Below are positions 1-13,420 of a stretch of DNA of 64,000 nucleotides, one piece after another. This DNA comes from Octopus vulgaris (taxonomy: Eukaryota), in contig OX597835.1 in the NCBI GenBank assembly GCA_951406725.2, positions 28,706,001 to 28,770,000 on the forward strand, in the 5' to 3' direction. The stretch's first letter is position 1. Each line of letters opens with the position of its first letter. The notes beneath the pieces are model-generated. The model saw nothing but the letters and a program-made list of their open reading frames with translations, ran no database searches and had not been told where the DNA came from. Made by a program: the position numbers and the translations under genes.

Positions 1-150
1 TGTTGTTATGGTTATTTTTGTCGTAGGTCCTGTTTTTCTATTACTTTCTTTTTAGAAAGCAGTATATATATATATATATATATATATACGTATATATACA
101 CATATATATATATATATGCATATACGTATATATACATACTCACACACACA

Positions 151-188
<38 letters not shown>

Positions 189-339
189 TGTATGTATATA
201 TATTTAAATATGTATATACGTATATATGTATGTATATATACATATATATAAACATATATGCGTGTGTGTGTATATGTTTATATATATGTATATATACATA
301 CATATATATTATATGTTATACATTATATACTCTGTATAC

Positions 340-387
<48 letters not shown>

Positions 388-776
388 GTGTATGTGTGTG
401 TATGCATATATATTATATATTATATACTCTGTATACACATACACACACACACGCAAACACGCACACATGTCATTTAGCATACACAGTATAAAGATGCGAG
501 CTAATGATAGTTTCTTGCTGTGGAAGCACGTGTTTAGGCAGATCTTCATAACACCTCCCGTGCCTCCGAGCATTCTTTCAGGCTGCGGGAGACACAAATC
601 GTGTTATATAAAAACATGCGCAGACACATGTTTCCACAGCTGGAAAATATTAGCAGCCCGTATCTTTCTACTGTGTACGTTAAATGATATTTATCTCTCA
701 CCGATGGAGCACATTTTTATTGATCTTACCTCAACGAAACAGTAAACTCTCTCGCTCTCTCTCTTTCTCTCTTTCT

Positions 777-814
<38 letters not shown>

Positions 815-835
815 TATATATATATACTGTATATA

Positions 836-927
<92 letters not shown>

Positions 928-932
928 AACAG

Positions 933-989
<57 letters not shown>

Positions 990-1028
990 CAGTCATATAT
1001 ATATATACTGTATATATATATATATATA

Positions 1029-1238
1029 ACAGTCAAAAATTGTGAAGCCTGACTGTCACTACTACTACATGAACCTGAAGATTGCATAATTTAATGCATG
1101 AAAGTACTAGTCAAATCAGAATGAACGTTTAACATTATTTTATTTTATTTTATCATATTATGTTATCTTATATAATTATAAGATTCTAAATAAAACGTGA
1201 AAATCAGACAAGGCTGGAATTACTTTTATTAATATATT
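1029..1238 (+). mobile_element. Short hammerhead-containing repeat (putative Penelope-like terminus), copy 1; copy 2 at 38155-38370
   Basis: Near-identical ~210-bp sequence at two loci 37 kb apart, both directly after (TA)n. Confidence 0.7.
1071..1113 (+). ncRNA. Minimal type I hammerhead ribozyme motif
   Basis: GAAC-CTGAAGA-tTGCAT aattta ATGCAt-GAA-AGTACT-A-GTC; palindromic stem III. Stem I is imperfect here and perfect in the 38199 copy. Confidence 0.7.
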
Positions 1239-1274
1239 ATTCTATACACAATCACACACACCCGTATACATATT

Positions 1275-1652
1275 TTTTCCTTTACTTGTTTCAGACAACT
1301 GACTGCGGCCGTGCTGGAGCGCCACCTTTAGTCAAACAACTCGATCCCCAGGTCTTATTCTTTGTAAGCTAAGTACTTATTCTATCTTCCTCTTTTCCCG
1401 AACCGCTAAGTTACGGTGACATAAACACACCAACATCAGTTATCAAGCGATTGTGGGACGATAAGCACAAGCACATTAGTATATAGATAGATACAACAGG
1501 CTTCTTTCGGAGTCCGTCTACCAAATCCACTCACAAGGCTTTGGTCGGCGCAAGGCTATAATAGAAGACACTTGCGCAATATATCACGCTGTGGGACTGA
1601 ACCCGAGACCATGTGGTTGGGAAGCAAGCTTCTCACCACACAGCCGCGCCCA
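1275..1652 (-). mobile_element. tRNA-derived SINE, family A (diverged)
   Basis: Reverse complement matches the 29384-29790 copy (head, internal microsatellite position, 3' module). Confidence 0.85.
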
Positions 1653-1881
1653 CACCTCGAACAGAGTAGATAGACAGCTGACAACTAATGAAGGGTTGTT
1701 CTTTATGTTACTTGTTCTGTTTTGTGTTTCTCTCGTTGTTTGCGTATTGAACTCATTTGTTTTCGTACTTCATGTTGTTTACTGTTGGTGACGTCCTGTA
1801 CCCATATATACATGAACTCGTGTGTAACGTTGGCGATTTTTTTCCTCTCTCTTCCCTTCTCTGGATCTTTCCTTTTCCTAT

Positions 1882-1916
1882 GTTTCCGACGAAGAGCTCC
1901 GCTCGAAACGTTAAAC
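1882..1916 (+). ncRNA. Hammerhead-like motif, CCGACGA core variant
   Basis: GTTT-CCGACGA-a-GAGC tcc GCTC-GAA-ACGT-T-AAAC within a ~200-bp repeat (1820-2015) also found at 2430-2606 and, reversed, at 17400-17580. Confidence 0.6.
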
Positions 1917-2012
1917 CCTCCTTCTTTCCTTCTTTCCTGAGCGTCCAATAATACTATATTTGTTCCACGTCCTCGCGTTGTTGTGTTTTTTTTTGTGCTT
2001 TCTTGTTTGGAT

Positions 2013-2107
<95 letters not shown>

Positions 2108-2110
<3 letters not shown>

Positions 2111-2350
2111 GCGCCCTTTTAAAGCCTAGCCAGGCCCATGGGCCCGGTTTTCCGGTTTCTATGGCGTATGTGTTCCCCAGCTGGACGGGACGCTAGTCCA
2201 TCGCAGCGCTAATAATTTTTTCCAGCTGAGTGGACTGGAGCAACGTGAAATGAAGTGTTTTGCTCAAGAACACAACGCGTCGCCCGGTCCAGGAATCGGA
2301 ACCATAATCTTACGATCATGATGCTGATACCCTAACCACTAAGCCAAGTG
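2108..2350 (-). mobile_element. tRNA-derived SINE, head D + tail Y, (ATT)n tail
   Basis: A/B-box-like head (tggcttagtgg...gttccgattcc), central gtgttcttgagcaaaacact...ctccagtccactcagctg module, tail shared with 8756-9016. Confidence 0.8.
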
Positions 2351-2366
2351 ATTCCACACACACACA

Positions 2367-2413
<47 letters not shown>

Positions 2414-2490
2414 TCAAAATGTGACCGCGTGTATACCGTTGGGATTTTTTTTCCTCCGTCTTCCCTTCTCTGGATCTTTCCTTTTCATAT

Positions 2491-2526
2491 TTTCCTGATG
2501 AAGAGCTCCGCTCGAAACGTTAAACC
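2491..2526 (+). ncRNA. Minimal type I hammerhead ribozyme motif
   Basis: tttc-CTGATGA-a-GAGC tcc GCTC-GAA-ACGT-T-AAAC; canonical core. Confidence 0.65.
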
Positions 2527-2603
2527 CTCCTTCTTCTATTCCTTAGCGTCCAATAATACTATATTTGTTCCACGTCATCGCGTTGTTGTGTTTTCATGTT
2601 TGG

Positions 2604-2660
<57 letters not shown>

Positions 2661-2736
2661 ATAAATATTAGGGAATGAATCCAAAATTACAGAGAAAAAT
2701 CAGATTTAGGGTTAAATCCAATTTTATAGTAAAATA

Positions 2737-2968
2737 TTATATAATATAATTCGAGACAAAACCACTATTTTAAAACCAAACAAGGAAAGACTTAATCAAT
2801 ACATAAAATTTTAATATAAATTAAATAAAATAAATTAAATAAATTAAATAAAATAAATAAAATAAATAAAATAAATAATTATTTAATTTATATTAAAATT
2901 TTATGTATTGATTAAGTCTTTCCTTGTTTGGTTTTAAAATAGTGGTTTTGTCTCGAATTATATTATAT
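2737..2968. repeat. Near-perfect foldback inverted repeat (~90-bp arms)
   Basis: tataattcgagacaaaaccactattttaaaaccaaacaaggaaagac... and its reverse complement around a (TAAAA)n spacer; related sequence at 63290-63640. Confidence 0.9.
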
Positions 2969-3769
2969 ATATATATATATGGAATACATTATCAACTATG
3001 TCTTCCTTTTTTGGGGTCTTTCAGATATAGCCTATCTTTGGAACGAACCATAGATATTATATTCGTCCGTGTTTTAGATATGCAGTATCTCTAGAATACA
3101 CAATAACTGATATCTATGTTCCTTTGTTTTGTTTTGTTTTCTTCATTGTAACATTATAGGAAGTGATTTCCATGAGATTGCATTACCTCTTCTGGCTCAT
3201 GCGCACTCATACATGTACATACATAGATACATACATAGGCACACACACACATGCATACATACATACATACATACATACATACATACATCCATCCATCCAT
3301 CCATACATACATACATACATGCATACATACATACATGTACAGACATGGTGTCCTGGACGGTTGGCATAAAGGACTATTCATCTTTTGTGTAATAAATAAT
3401 ATCCCTCTAAACTTTAACCATTAACACAAGTCTGGTGAACCCAAGCCTACCACTTTCATTTAAAATTCTCCAACAAAACTGGTTTATCTCGTTTGCATTA
3501 TTGTAAAAAAAAAAGAAAAAAAGCGCAAGTTGATAGCATTAATGAAACAGTAAAATGTAACTAGTGAATATTTCGGTGAAGTCAGTTACGGATGATCGTT
3601 GAGTAATAAAAAAACATTGTTGCATCGCGGGGTGGGATGTGGTCATTATGTCAATAATAAACTCACGCGTTGATTCTCTTTCACTTCAAAAGTCCACAGG
3701 AGTCTCTTAATATTCCGCTTTCTAAATTTGATTTGCAAGTCTCTTGATGCGAACTGGTGTGTTGAAACA

Positions 3770-4152
3770 AATTTTATTGTATCTCAGGAGGGTCATTATG
3801 GCAATAATAAACACACGCACTGGTTCTGTTTCATTTCTTTATTATTTATTTATCAATTACTTAACTATTTAACCAATCAACCAATCGATTGCTTGATTAA
3901 TCGTTCGGTCACTCAGTCAATCAGGATTTTAATAGTCGTTGATGAGGTCACGATTGGTGACGAAAGGACTTCAAAAAGCTTAATTGATTAATTGACCGAA
4001 GGATTAATCAGGCAATCGACAACTTAATTGATTAAGTAGTTAACCCACTTGCAAATAAATAATAAAGAAGTGAAATAGAACCCGAGCGTGGTGTGTGTAT
4101 GTGGAGGGGGGAGGGTATTACTGGCATAATGTCCCTCCCGGGGCACAATAAA
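3770..4152. repeat. Diverged inverted repeat with a hammerhead-like core in the loop
   Basis: Arms ~3770-3930 and ~3975-4152; centre agtcg-TTGATGA-g-GTCAC gattg GTGAC-GAAA-ggact (3934-3971). Confidence 0.7.
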
Positions 4153-4746
4153 CTGTAACTAGATAAAGATCTTTAGTAAATATTCTACATAAATTCTAGG
4201 AATTATTTCTCGATTGGTTACAGGAAAAGGATGAATAACTATTGGGCCGTTATATACAACTGTTTAGATTTCTGAGGGAACTAGTTTCTTTGAGAAGAAA
4301 CATTTGGCTCAGACATCAAAATGAAGCGCAAAAATTGCAAAAATGCCGAGTAGTTTCTGCCATCGAGAAAATTGCGAAAGCCATGAACCGCGATCAAGAC
4401 ATCAACAATAACATTATCACCGATAGCCCTACTTGCATTTCACGGTCTTCTAGTTGTTGCTTATGAAGAAACAGAAATGAGTGAAGGATTCAAGCGGTTT
4501 AAATTACCGCTCACAACAAGATGGAAGAAGGCCATTACGTCGATAAAAACACTAAATAGAAGAACGACCATTATACGAATCGATAGATTACAAACTGATT
4601 TGATGTTATTAGCGATCGATCAAGGTCTGAAAGAACGCTTTGAGCATCTGGAAATTCCCAGTTGTCGGACATTGAATATCTTACTGAGTTGTGGTGTCGT
4701 TGGCGTTGGGAGTGTCCAGAGAGCAATGGAAATGATAATACACAAG

Positions 4747-4973
4747 CGGCGAGCTGGCAGAAACGTTAGCACACCGGGCGAAATGCTTAGCGGTATTGCG
4801 TCTGTCGTTGCGTTCTGTGTTCAAATTCCGCCGAGGTCGACTTTGCTTTTCATCCTTTCGGGGTCGATAAATTAAGTACCAGTTACGCACTGGGGTCGAT
4901 GTAATCGACTTAATCCGTTTGTCTGTCCTTGTTTGTCACCTCTATGTTTAGCCTCTTGTGGGCAATAAAGAAA
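4747..4973 (+). mobile_element. tRNA-derived SINE, family B
   Basis: gcggcgagctggcagaaacgttagc head, gttcaaattcc B-box, ctttcatcctttcggggtcgataaattaagtacc central module; more than 15 related copies in the window. Confidence 0.85.
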
Positions 4974-5069
4974 CATAATACACAAGCAAAATGGATTACC
5001 TCGCTTCGTCATCTGTACGAAAACATCGACCAGTTCTAGATTTGATCCATTATCCAAAATTTACCGGAA

Positions 5070-5390
5070 AGGCGCGTAGCCATGTGGTTACGGTATTTGG
5101 TTTGCAATCGTAAGGTTGTGAGTTTTAAATTCCTGGCGGCTCGTTGTGTTCTTGAGCAAGACACTTAATTTCCCATTGCTCCAGTTCACTCAGCTAGCAA
5201 AAATGAGCTCTACCAGTAAGAGCCAGCCGTGTCACATTCTGTGTCACGCTGAACGTCCCTGAGAACTATGTTAAGGGTACGCGTATCTATCTATGGAGCA
5301 TTCAGCCACCTGCATGTTAATTTCATGAGCAGGCTGTTCCGTTAACCGGATCGACTGGAATACTTGTCGCCGTAAATGATGGAGGGCCAG
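5070..5390 (+). mobile_element. SINE, head D + tail X
   Basis: Flanked by a 9-bp TSD ttaccggaa (5061-5069 and 5391-5399); tail shared with 21020-21377 and 27130-27517. Confidence 0.85.
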
Positions 5391-5749
5391 TTACCGGAAG
5401 TACCGACCAGCGACATCTATAGGTTAAGCAATTGCTCTTCAACCGCTCTAAACCAAAGGCTTTGTTTTAGGAAATGACGTGAACGGTGGACTATGAGCTG
5501 TAAGTTGACATTTAACTCACAAACTGTACACGGCAACAGGAAAAACTAAAAAAACTAATTAACACCAAGATTGTTAATGATTGTTAATGATTCATCTCAA
5601 GATGATCTGGAGTCATTCTCGGAAGAGAGGTCAAAACTGTAAGACAAACAACTTCTATGCTTCATAATTAAATGAGTTTCGTGGTTTCTGCTGCGCAAAT
5701 CTCTCTCAGTACACATAACACCAGTGTTGTGAAACAACTAAATCAAAAA

Positions 5750-7010
5750 GGCTCAAGGGAGAGAACCGATTGTCGGATGTTGGTATAAGGAACTTGCGCT
5801 GTACAGAAAAAATTGTAACCTGTTAAAAACAAAACAAACAGTAAACGTGATGTGTTGATTGGTTACTTTTACGGACAGCATTTATGTCTAATAACTAAGA
5901 AACATGTGGCCTCAAAAATACTGGTTTAAATATGGGTAAAATGTACACAGTTTTCTTAAATATGTTTTTCCAAGATTAAAAATAAAACAAGTGAAATACA
6001 CAGGAGGAAAGGAGTTGGGGGAAGTAACAAACAGCTCTACTTTAACAGAGTTACCCCTAGGAAACAAATCAGTATTGCTGAAATCTTCTGTATGGGTGAT
6101 TTATAAGAAAGCCTTTGATTTTTGTCACTCAGTGATAGAGATAAAACTCAACACGTCTTGTCAAGGTTCAATGTGCTGCTGTCGATTCCACTAAAAGACG
6201 ACAACTTGGTCCAAACATTTATCGCTAAGAAGTCATAAACAGAATTAGGTTATTGACAGAAATATCCCAGAATAACAGTTTACCTTGTACTGCTATGCGT
6301 TCTTGGCAGTGAACATCTTGCTTGCACTTTTGAAGAAATGCCAAGGTTACATGCGAGGATCTGCAGAAGAGAGAAAACTTAACGTCACTGACACCATTTT
6401 TGTCAATGACCTTATGCTTGTGTTCGGTTAATATTCACAACACTAAGAGACAGCGGTATTTACAGCTTTCTCATAGGACATGTGAACAGAGATTGGTCAG
6501 GATAAATGTTCCCATTTGATTCACTAATCGAGGAAAGATTGTTGGTCTGAGAAAGAATATGGATGCCAGTAGGTTTCCACTGTCTCCTAGCTCCAATGAT
6601 GAATGATTTAAATGTCTTGGAATTGATGGGAATACGTATATATTAATTAAGGCGGCGAGTTGACAGAATTGTCAACACGCCGAGAGAAAAGCTCAGCAGT
6701 ATCTTGTCCGTCTTGACGCTCTGAGTTCAAATTCCGGCGAGGTCGACTTTACCTTTCATCCTTTCGGGACCGATAAAAAAAAGTATCAGCCGAGCACGGA
6801 GGTTTATCCCTCACCCTTAAATTCTTGGTCTTGTGCTGGAATTTGAAACTAATCGGTATACGTTAACGAAGCGAATAAAGAATACTTCAGCAACCTTCAG
6901 AAGTAGAAAAGTTGCATCCAGTAGACGCAAAACGCTTTTGGTGCCGGTATTGGTACATTTGGTATATTAGACTGGAAACTTAAAGAAATATGCAACTTGT
7001 ACATTAAAAC
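5750..7010 (+). pseudogene. Heavily decayed non-LTR retrotransposon RT remnant, R4/Dong-like
   Basis: Broken-frame motifs YKKAFD (~6100), FVND for FVDD (~6400), GQDKC (~6495), VPVL..FGILDW (~6940-6975); family B SINE inserted at ~6650-6845. Confidence 0.55.
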
Positions 7011-7035
7011 AATATATATATGTGTTATATATATA

Positions 7036-7268
7036 TTCTTTTATACTTTTACTTCTTTTAGTCATTTGACTGTGGCCATGCTGGAGCACCGCCCTTAGTC
7101 GAACAAATCGACCCCAAGACTTGTTCTTTGTATGCCTAGTACTTATTCTATCGGTTTCTTGTGCCGAACCGTTAAGTTATGGGGGCGTAAGCACACCAAC
7201 ATCGGTTGTCAAGCGATGGTGGGGTGTGGCAAACACAGATACACAAACACATACATACATGCATACAT

Positions 7269-7336
<68 letters not shown>

Positions 7337-7530
7337 ATATGTATATATATATATATGTATGTATACACGACGGGCTGCTTTCAGCTTCCGTGTTCCAAAT
7401 CCACTCACAAGACTTTGGTCGGCCCGGGGCTATAGTAGAAAACGCTTGCCCAAGGTGCCACGCAGTGGGACTGAACCCGGAACCATGTAGTTGGGAAGCA
7501 AGTTTCTTCTCACAGAGCCACTCCTGCGCC
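7036..7530 (-). mobile_element. SINE family A, full length with expanded internal (TA)n
   Basis: All modules of the 29384-29790 copy, in reverse. Confidence 0.9.
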
Positions 7531-8429
7531 TGAATAGTGTTTGTTCCCCCAACAAATCAACAAATCTCTTTATTGATAACTGCATTGTTTTTGTTGTGTC
7601 TGGAGAGAGTCATTTTCTTTTTGTGCCTTATAGTTTAATATAAGAAGCGGACAAGAGTTCAAAATGCAGCAAAGATAAATTTTTTTTTGGTCACATGGTA
7701 ATCCTGGCCTTCACAGCTTTTTCAATCCTTGTATAATCCCTTGTGTAATTCCTTGAAATTATTTTTCAAAAAAACTTCCACGCAGACAAACAAACATAGT
7801 TCTCAAAAATAATTGAGAATAATTCAACTCTCAAATTAAATTAATTTGGAGGCGAAACACCCCTCCAGACAGCAGTTCTCACAGCTAAGTGAGAAAAACA
7901 CAGGTCTCTACCGCAGGCAGACCAAAAGCTCAGAATCCAGTGAGGTCTCCTTGCCTGTACAAAAAATAAATCTCACAAACAACGAATCCTTACTAGACTC
8001 AAAAAGCAAAAAAGGTCTTACCTTACAGTAGAGCGTCTTCCAAATTCAACTTTCGTCAGTTGCACACCAGCGTGGCGACTTCAATGGTACAGTGAAGAAC
8101 ACTAACAACCGGAACCGGAAGCAATCTTCTTACCATACAACCACTCCTGTGCCTAATGTAAATAATGTACATAATTCCTCATCTCTCAAATATAGAACTG
8201 TAATGTAAACAATATTTTAATATAATTTAATGGATATGGATTTCAGATTTTCATGAAGATTTGAAAGCCACTTGTATTAATGTATTACGCATTATAATAA
8301 TACAGGTAGCATATTTACTCTAAACCGCAGTCGTTACTTTTATTTAAAGTAAGTCTCGAAAATTCTCGAAAATTCACAACGGTGATGTTTTTCAGAAACC
8401 AGTTTCAACCTCAAAAGAAAACGGATTTA

Positions 8430-8680
8430 AACTCTAAACTGACCGTGTCTCTGTATTGTACAAGCAAAGGATAAATACACAGTGGATAGGAGGCAATATG
8501 CCTTCCTCTTGAGACGGGTGTTAAAGGATTTGTTGGAGCCAACGTTTACTCGATGCTCAAGAGACTTGGACTAGCTGCGAAGAGGAGAATATTGTCAGAA
8601 AATTATCGGAAACCGCTGGGAAAGTTAGCAGCCATTATACGTGGCTCAAATGAGATGGCAAGTTGAGCTGCAAGAACGAA
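8430..8680 (+). pseudogene. Decayed C-terminus of an RLE-type non-LTR element (HERO/NeSL-like)
   Basis: cctcttgagacgggtgttaaaggatttgttgga = PLETGVKGFVG, resembling PxEVGxRGFV, followed by LKRLGL...RKLSETA. Confidence 0.4.
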
Positions 8681-8753
8681 CATTGGAGGTGATAGAAAAA
8701 TCTGGCCCAAAGTTACAACATCTGACTCATGTTGTGTGCATGACTCTCAGTCG

Positions 8754-9016
8754 TAGAGGCACATGGCCTAGTGGCTAGAGCAGCGGACTCGCGGTCGAGG
8801 GATCGCGGGTTCGAATCTCAGACCGGGTGTGTGTGTTTATGAGCGAAACACCTAAGCTCCACGCGGCTCCGGCTGACACAACTTTTTCTCACTCTTTCCT
8901 CCTGCATCTTGCAGCACACCTGCGACGGACTGGCGTCCCGTCCAGGTTGGGAACCTATACGCCAAGGAAACCGGCCCTTATGAGCCAAGCATGGCTCGAG
9001 AAGGAATACATACATA
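8754..9016 (+). mobile_element. SINE, head C (tRNA-Arg-like) + tail Y
   Basis: tggcctagtgg A-box, ggttcgaatct B-box; TSD actctcag(t/a)cg at 8743-8753 and 9017-9027. Confidence 0.85.
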
Positions 9017-9796
9017 ACTCTCAGACGCACTGGTGTCATGGTGAAAGGGACCGAAACACCTGACAGCTGCTTCACCGCCTCACAGGACATCGACTGTTTT
9101 ATACAGAGATGGAGTACAGCTGCACCCTCAGCTCACAAGTGCTTAGTGTTTACATTAAATATGCTCAACAGGATCTCTGATGTCATCATGAACTTACAAA
9201 TGAAACATCCTGTTAAAGTATGTGAAATTCATGAAACTTAGTTTGTATGCTTATATCTGTTCGTTTCATAATTTTCATGCTAAAATTAGGCTGTCTTTGA
9301 GGTCAAGCCATCTCCATAGCAAGGAAGCACGGCATCTGGTTTTTAAAGCGTTATAGTATCATAATTATATGGATAATTAAGTTATCATCATATGATAACT
9401 ATCAAGTTTATTTATTATATTTTAAATCAAGTTAAGGCGACGGGTTGGCAGACATGTTAGAACGTCGGACGAGACGTTTAGGAGCATTTCGTCCGTCTTT
9501 AGGTTCTCAGTAAAAAGTGCCTTTCATCTTTTCCTCGTCGATGAAATAAGTACCTGCTCAGTATTAGGGGGTGTCGATGTGACCGACTAGTCCCCCACCC
9601 TCGTCATTAATTACAGGCCTCGTGTCTATAACATGAGGAATATTTTACATCAAGTTTCCTCAGTGTGACCACGTGTACAATCTCTGAACTTATAAAATTA
9701 AAGATTCTTTCCTCCCCCGGCTCCTTCCACACTCGATTGTCATCGGCTGACTTTGGTGCATTGGCGGAAACGCTAGAGCGCGGGTAACAACACACA

Positions 9797-9897
<101 letters not shown>

Positions 9898-10194
9898 TCA
9901 CACACAAACAAACATACACACACAGCGCACATGCACACATGCACATGAACATACACAAACACGCGCGCGCACACAGACACACATACACACAAGCATACAA
10001 GCACACGCACGTCCAAACACACACCTACACACACACACCTACACACACACACCAACATGACCCTCACCCAGATTTTCGAATCGCTTTACATCCTTTGTCA
10101 GACTCTTTTAAAAGACTTTAAATGTTTCTTATAAATATACTACACTCCACAAACGCACACAGGTACGCTCACGCACACAAACATACATATGTCC

Positions 10195-10244
<50 letters not shown>

Positions 10245-10442
10245 ATGTATATATATATGTATATATTTATATGTGCGTGTGTATCTCTATGTATATACAT
10301 ATGTGTATATATGTGTGTGTATAGACATATATTTATTTATATATACACCCTACAGGTGTACATATGCGCATGCGCGCGCGCACACACATATGTGTGAATA
10401 TATGTTTGTGTGTAAATATATATATGTATATATTCATGTACC

Positions 10443-10486
<44 letters not shown>

Positions 10487-10596
10487 GGAAAGAGAGAGAG
10501 TGTTATATATATAAAACACTCTATACATCTATATACACATATACGCATACACGTATGTATGTGTATGTATAGAATTATAAATGCATACACGCGCGC

Positions 10597-10661
<65 letters not shown>

Positions 10662-11184
10662 TATATTTACACACAAACATATATTCACACACACACCCTC
10701 ACGGATTTGTATGTATACATTCTATGTATGATTGCGTATGTATATATAAAGCATATAAGAGTTACACTCATATACACACACACATAGACATGTGCGCGAC
10801 ACACGCCCGCGCGCCCGCTTTGAATGGTGGCAGAAAACGAAAATCTAAACAAATGTAAATTCCATGCGTTTCAAAATGTTGACTGTAAACTGCTAAAAAT
10901 AAACATATGCCAAGTTTATGAATGAATGAATTAAAATAAATAAATTAATTAATTTATACCATATGGCTGAATATTATTAGATCCCCATTTCTACAATATA
11001 CAAATATACACACATATATATATACATATACTTACATATATACATATAGACAGATACGTACATACATATTTACAGACAGACAGACACATACACACATATA
11101 TGTATATACATACAAACATGCATACATACGTAGAAAGCATAAGTATACATAAATATACACACATAAACACATATTCATACATAC

Positions 11185-11220
<36 letters not shown>

Positions 11221-11523
11221 AATTAATAAATAATTAAAACATATGCTTATATACATACATATATGTACGTACCTACCTTTACATGAATATATACATGTAT
11301 ATATGGGTACAGGACACACACACACACACATATATACATGCACATTTACATACGTTTACATGCATACATACATACATATTCATATATATATATGTATGTA
11401 TGTAGATATGTATATCTATACATATATACACACATATATATATATATACATATATATCTATCTATATATATATGTATCATATATATATCTATACATATAT
11501 CTATACATATGCCTATATGTATT

Positions 11524-11556
<33 letters not shown>

Positions 11557-11724
11557 ATGTAGGTATAGTATTAGAGTACAGTATAGACTACGTATTAGAG
11601 TACAGTATAAAGCCCGCCCACCTTCAGATTTACCCTGTGCTATCCAGTAGTAATATTATACCTACATCTTTTTTTTGGCGCTTGGGCATCCTTCGTGTGT
11701 GAATAGATAATTGAAAAATTGCAG

Positions 11725-12162
11725 TCAACAAGGAGTAAGGTTGGACATCTATTTTTTAAGTACTGTAATTGTTTCCATGCAACGTTGTTCTCCAGGCGTG
11801 TAAGTACTTGATTATGCAACTGTTTCCCTGCATTATGGGATAGTGTTTCCTCAGGGGATATGTAAATATCATCTCCGTAAGCTCAAACTGGGAACCACCA
11901 TCGCACTACATCTACACATTCAAAGCAATTTGCTAACGATCCTTCAACAGCAACAACACACCCTGATAGGATGTTCTTGAAGCCGAGGATTTTAAACTTA
12001 CGGAGACAATATTTATATATCGCCTGAGGAAACACAACTAGATCTCATAATGCAGAGAAACAGTTGTATAATCAAGTGGTTGCTCACCTGAAGAACTACT
12101 TTGCGTGGAAACAATTCTTGTGATTAAAAAGTAAATGTCGAAACTTACTCCTTATTGATGAC
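11725..12162. repeat. Diverged inverted repeat with two degenerate hammerhead-like cores per arm
   Basis: Arms ~11725-11890 and ~11990-12162; plus arm has CTGAGGA(12024)...GAAACAGTTGTA and CTGAAGA(12088)...GAAACAATT. Confidence 0.65.
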
Positions 12163-12207
12163 ACCAATTTTTCCAATTATATATATATATATACACACCC
12201 ATATATA

Positions 12208-12342
<135 letters not shown>

Positions 12343-12452
12343 TATAAATATATATTTATATATATATATATCGGAGTTAAACAAAGTGGGAAAAAGAGTA
12401 CTCAAATACCAGAGGGAGAGTAATATGCTTTATTTAAAAGCAGGAGAAATAT

Positions 12453-12505
12453 AACAAAAGCTGTTACTCGGAGTTTCACGTTCCCGTTCGTCGGACAGTT
12501 TTGTT
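12453..12505 (-). ncRNA. Type I hammerhead motif, CCGACGA variant
   Basis: Reverse complement: aacaaaaCTGT-CCGACGA-ACG ggaa CGT-GAA-ACTCcGAGT-A-ACAGcttttgtt. Confidence 0.7.
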
Positions 12506-12526
12506 AAAAAGTATTTATACACACAC

Positions 12527-12613
<87 letters not shown>

Positions 12614-12647
12614 AACTTTATTAAAAATCAGCAAAAAATCACAAAAA

Positions 12648-12685
12648 CAGGTTATTCAGAGTTTCACCGTCCGTTCGTCAGACTG
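12648..12685 (-). ncRNA. Type I hammerhead motif (same family, decayed)
   Basis: Reverse complement: cagt-CTGACGA-acggacggt-GAA-ACTCTGAAT-A-acctg, followed by an inverted copy of the flank. Confidence 0.55.
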
Positions 12686-12751
12686 AGTGACAGCTTTTGT
12701 GATATTTTTGCTGCTTTTTAATAATGCATATTACTCTTAATCTCGTATATA

Positions 12752-12867
<116 letters not shown>

Positions 12868-13140
12868 GGCGCAGGAGTGGCTGTGTGGTAAGTAGCTTGT
12901 TTACCAACCACATGGTTCCGGGTTCAGGCCCACTGCGTGGCACCTTGGGCAAGCGTCTTCTACTATGGTGTGTTTATGTCCCCGTTACTTAGCGGTTCGG
13001 CAAAAGAGACCGATAGAATAAGTACTGGGCTTACAAAAGAATAAGTCCCGGGGTCGAGTTGCTCGATTAAAGGCGGTGCTCCAGCATGGCCGCAGTGAAA
13101 TGACTGAAACAAATAGAGTAAAAAAAAAGAGTAAAAGAGT
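12868..13140 (+). mobile_element. SINE family A, internally deleted
   Basis: Head joined directly to the 3' module at ctactat|ggtgtg. Confidence 0.85.
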
Positions 13141-13420
13141 ATATATATATATATATATGTATGTATATATATATTATTCTTTTACTCTTTTACTTGTATG
13201 TATATATATATACATACATACATATATATACATATATACATATATATACTTACTGCAGAATATATGTGTGTGCACGCGTATGTGCATGTGTGAGTACATA
13301 TTTTTATCGTTTTCCTTCATATTTGTTTTAGTCATTAGACTGCGGCCATACTGGGGTGCATCAGCATGGCCGCAGCTCTGAGCTGAAACTAGAAAAAATA
13401 TATATAGATATACATATATA

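Noticed and set aside
52-1087. YI/IY/VC/HT-rich ORFs here and throughout (e.g. 52302-52799, 53153-53844, 56783-57802)
   Set aside because: Translations of (TA)n, (CA)n and (TATG)n microsatellites that lack stop codons; no protein signal.
8756-8830. tRNA-Arg-like sequence
   Set aside because: It is a SINE head: it continues into the SINE body and is enclosed by a TSD.
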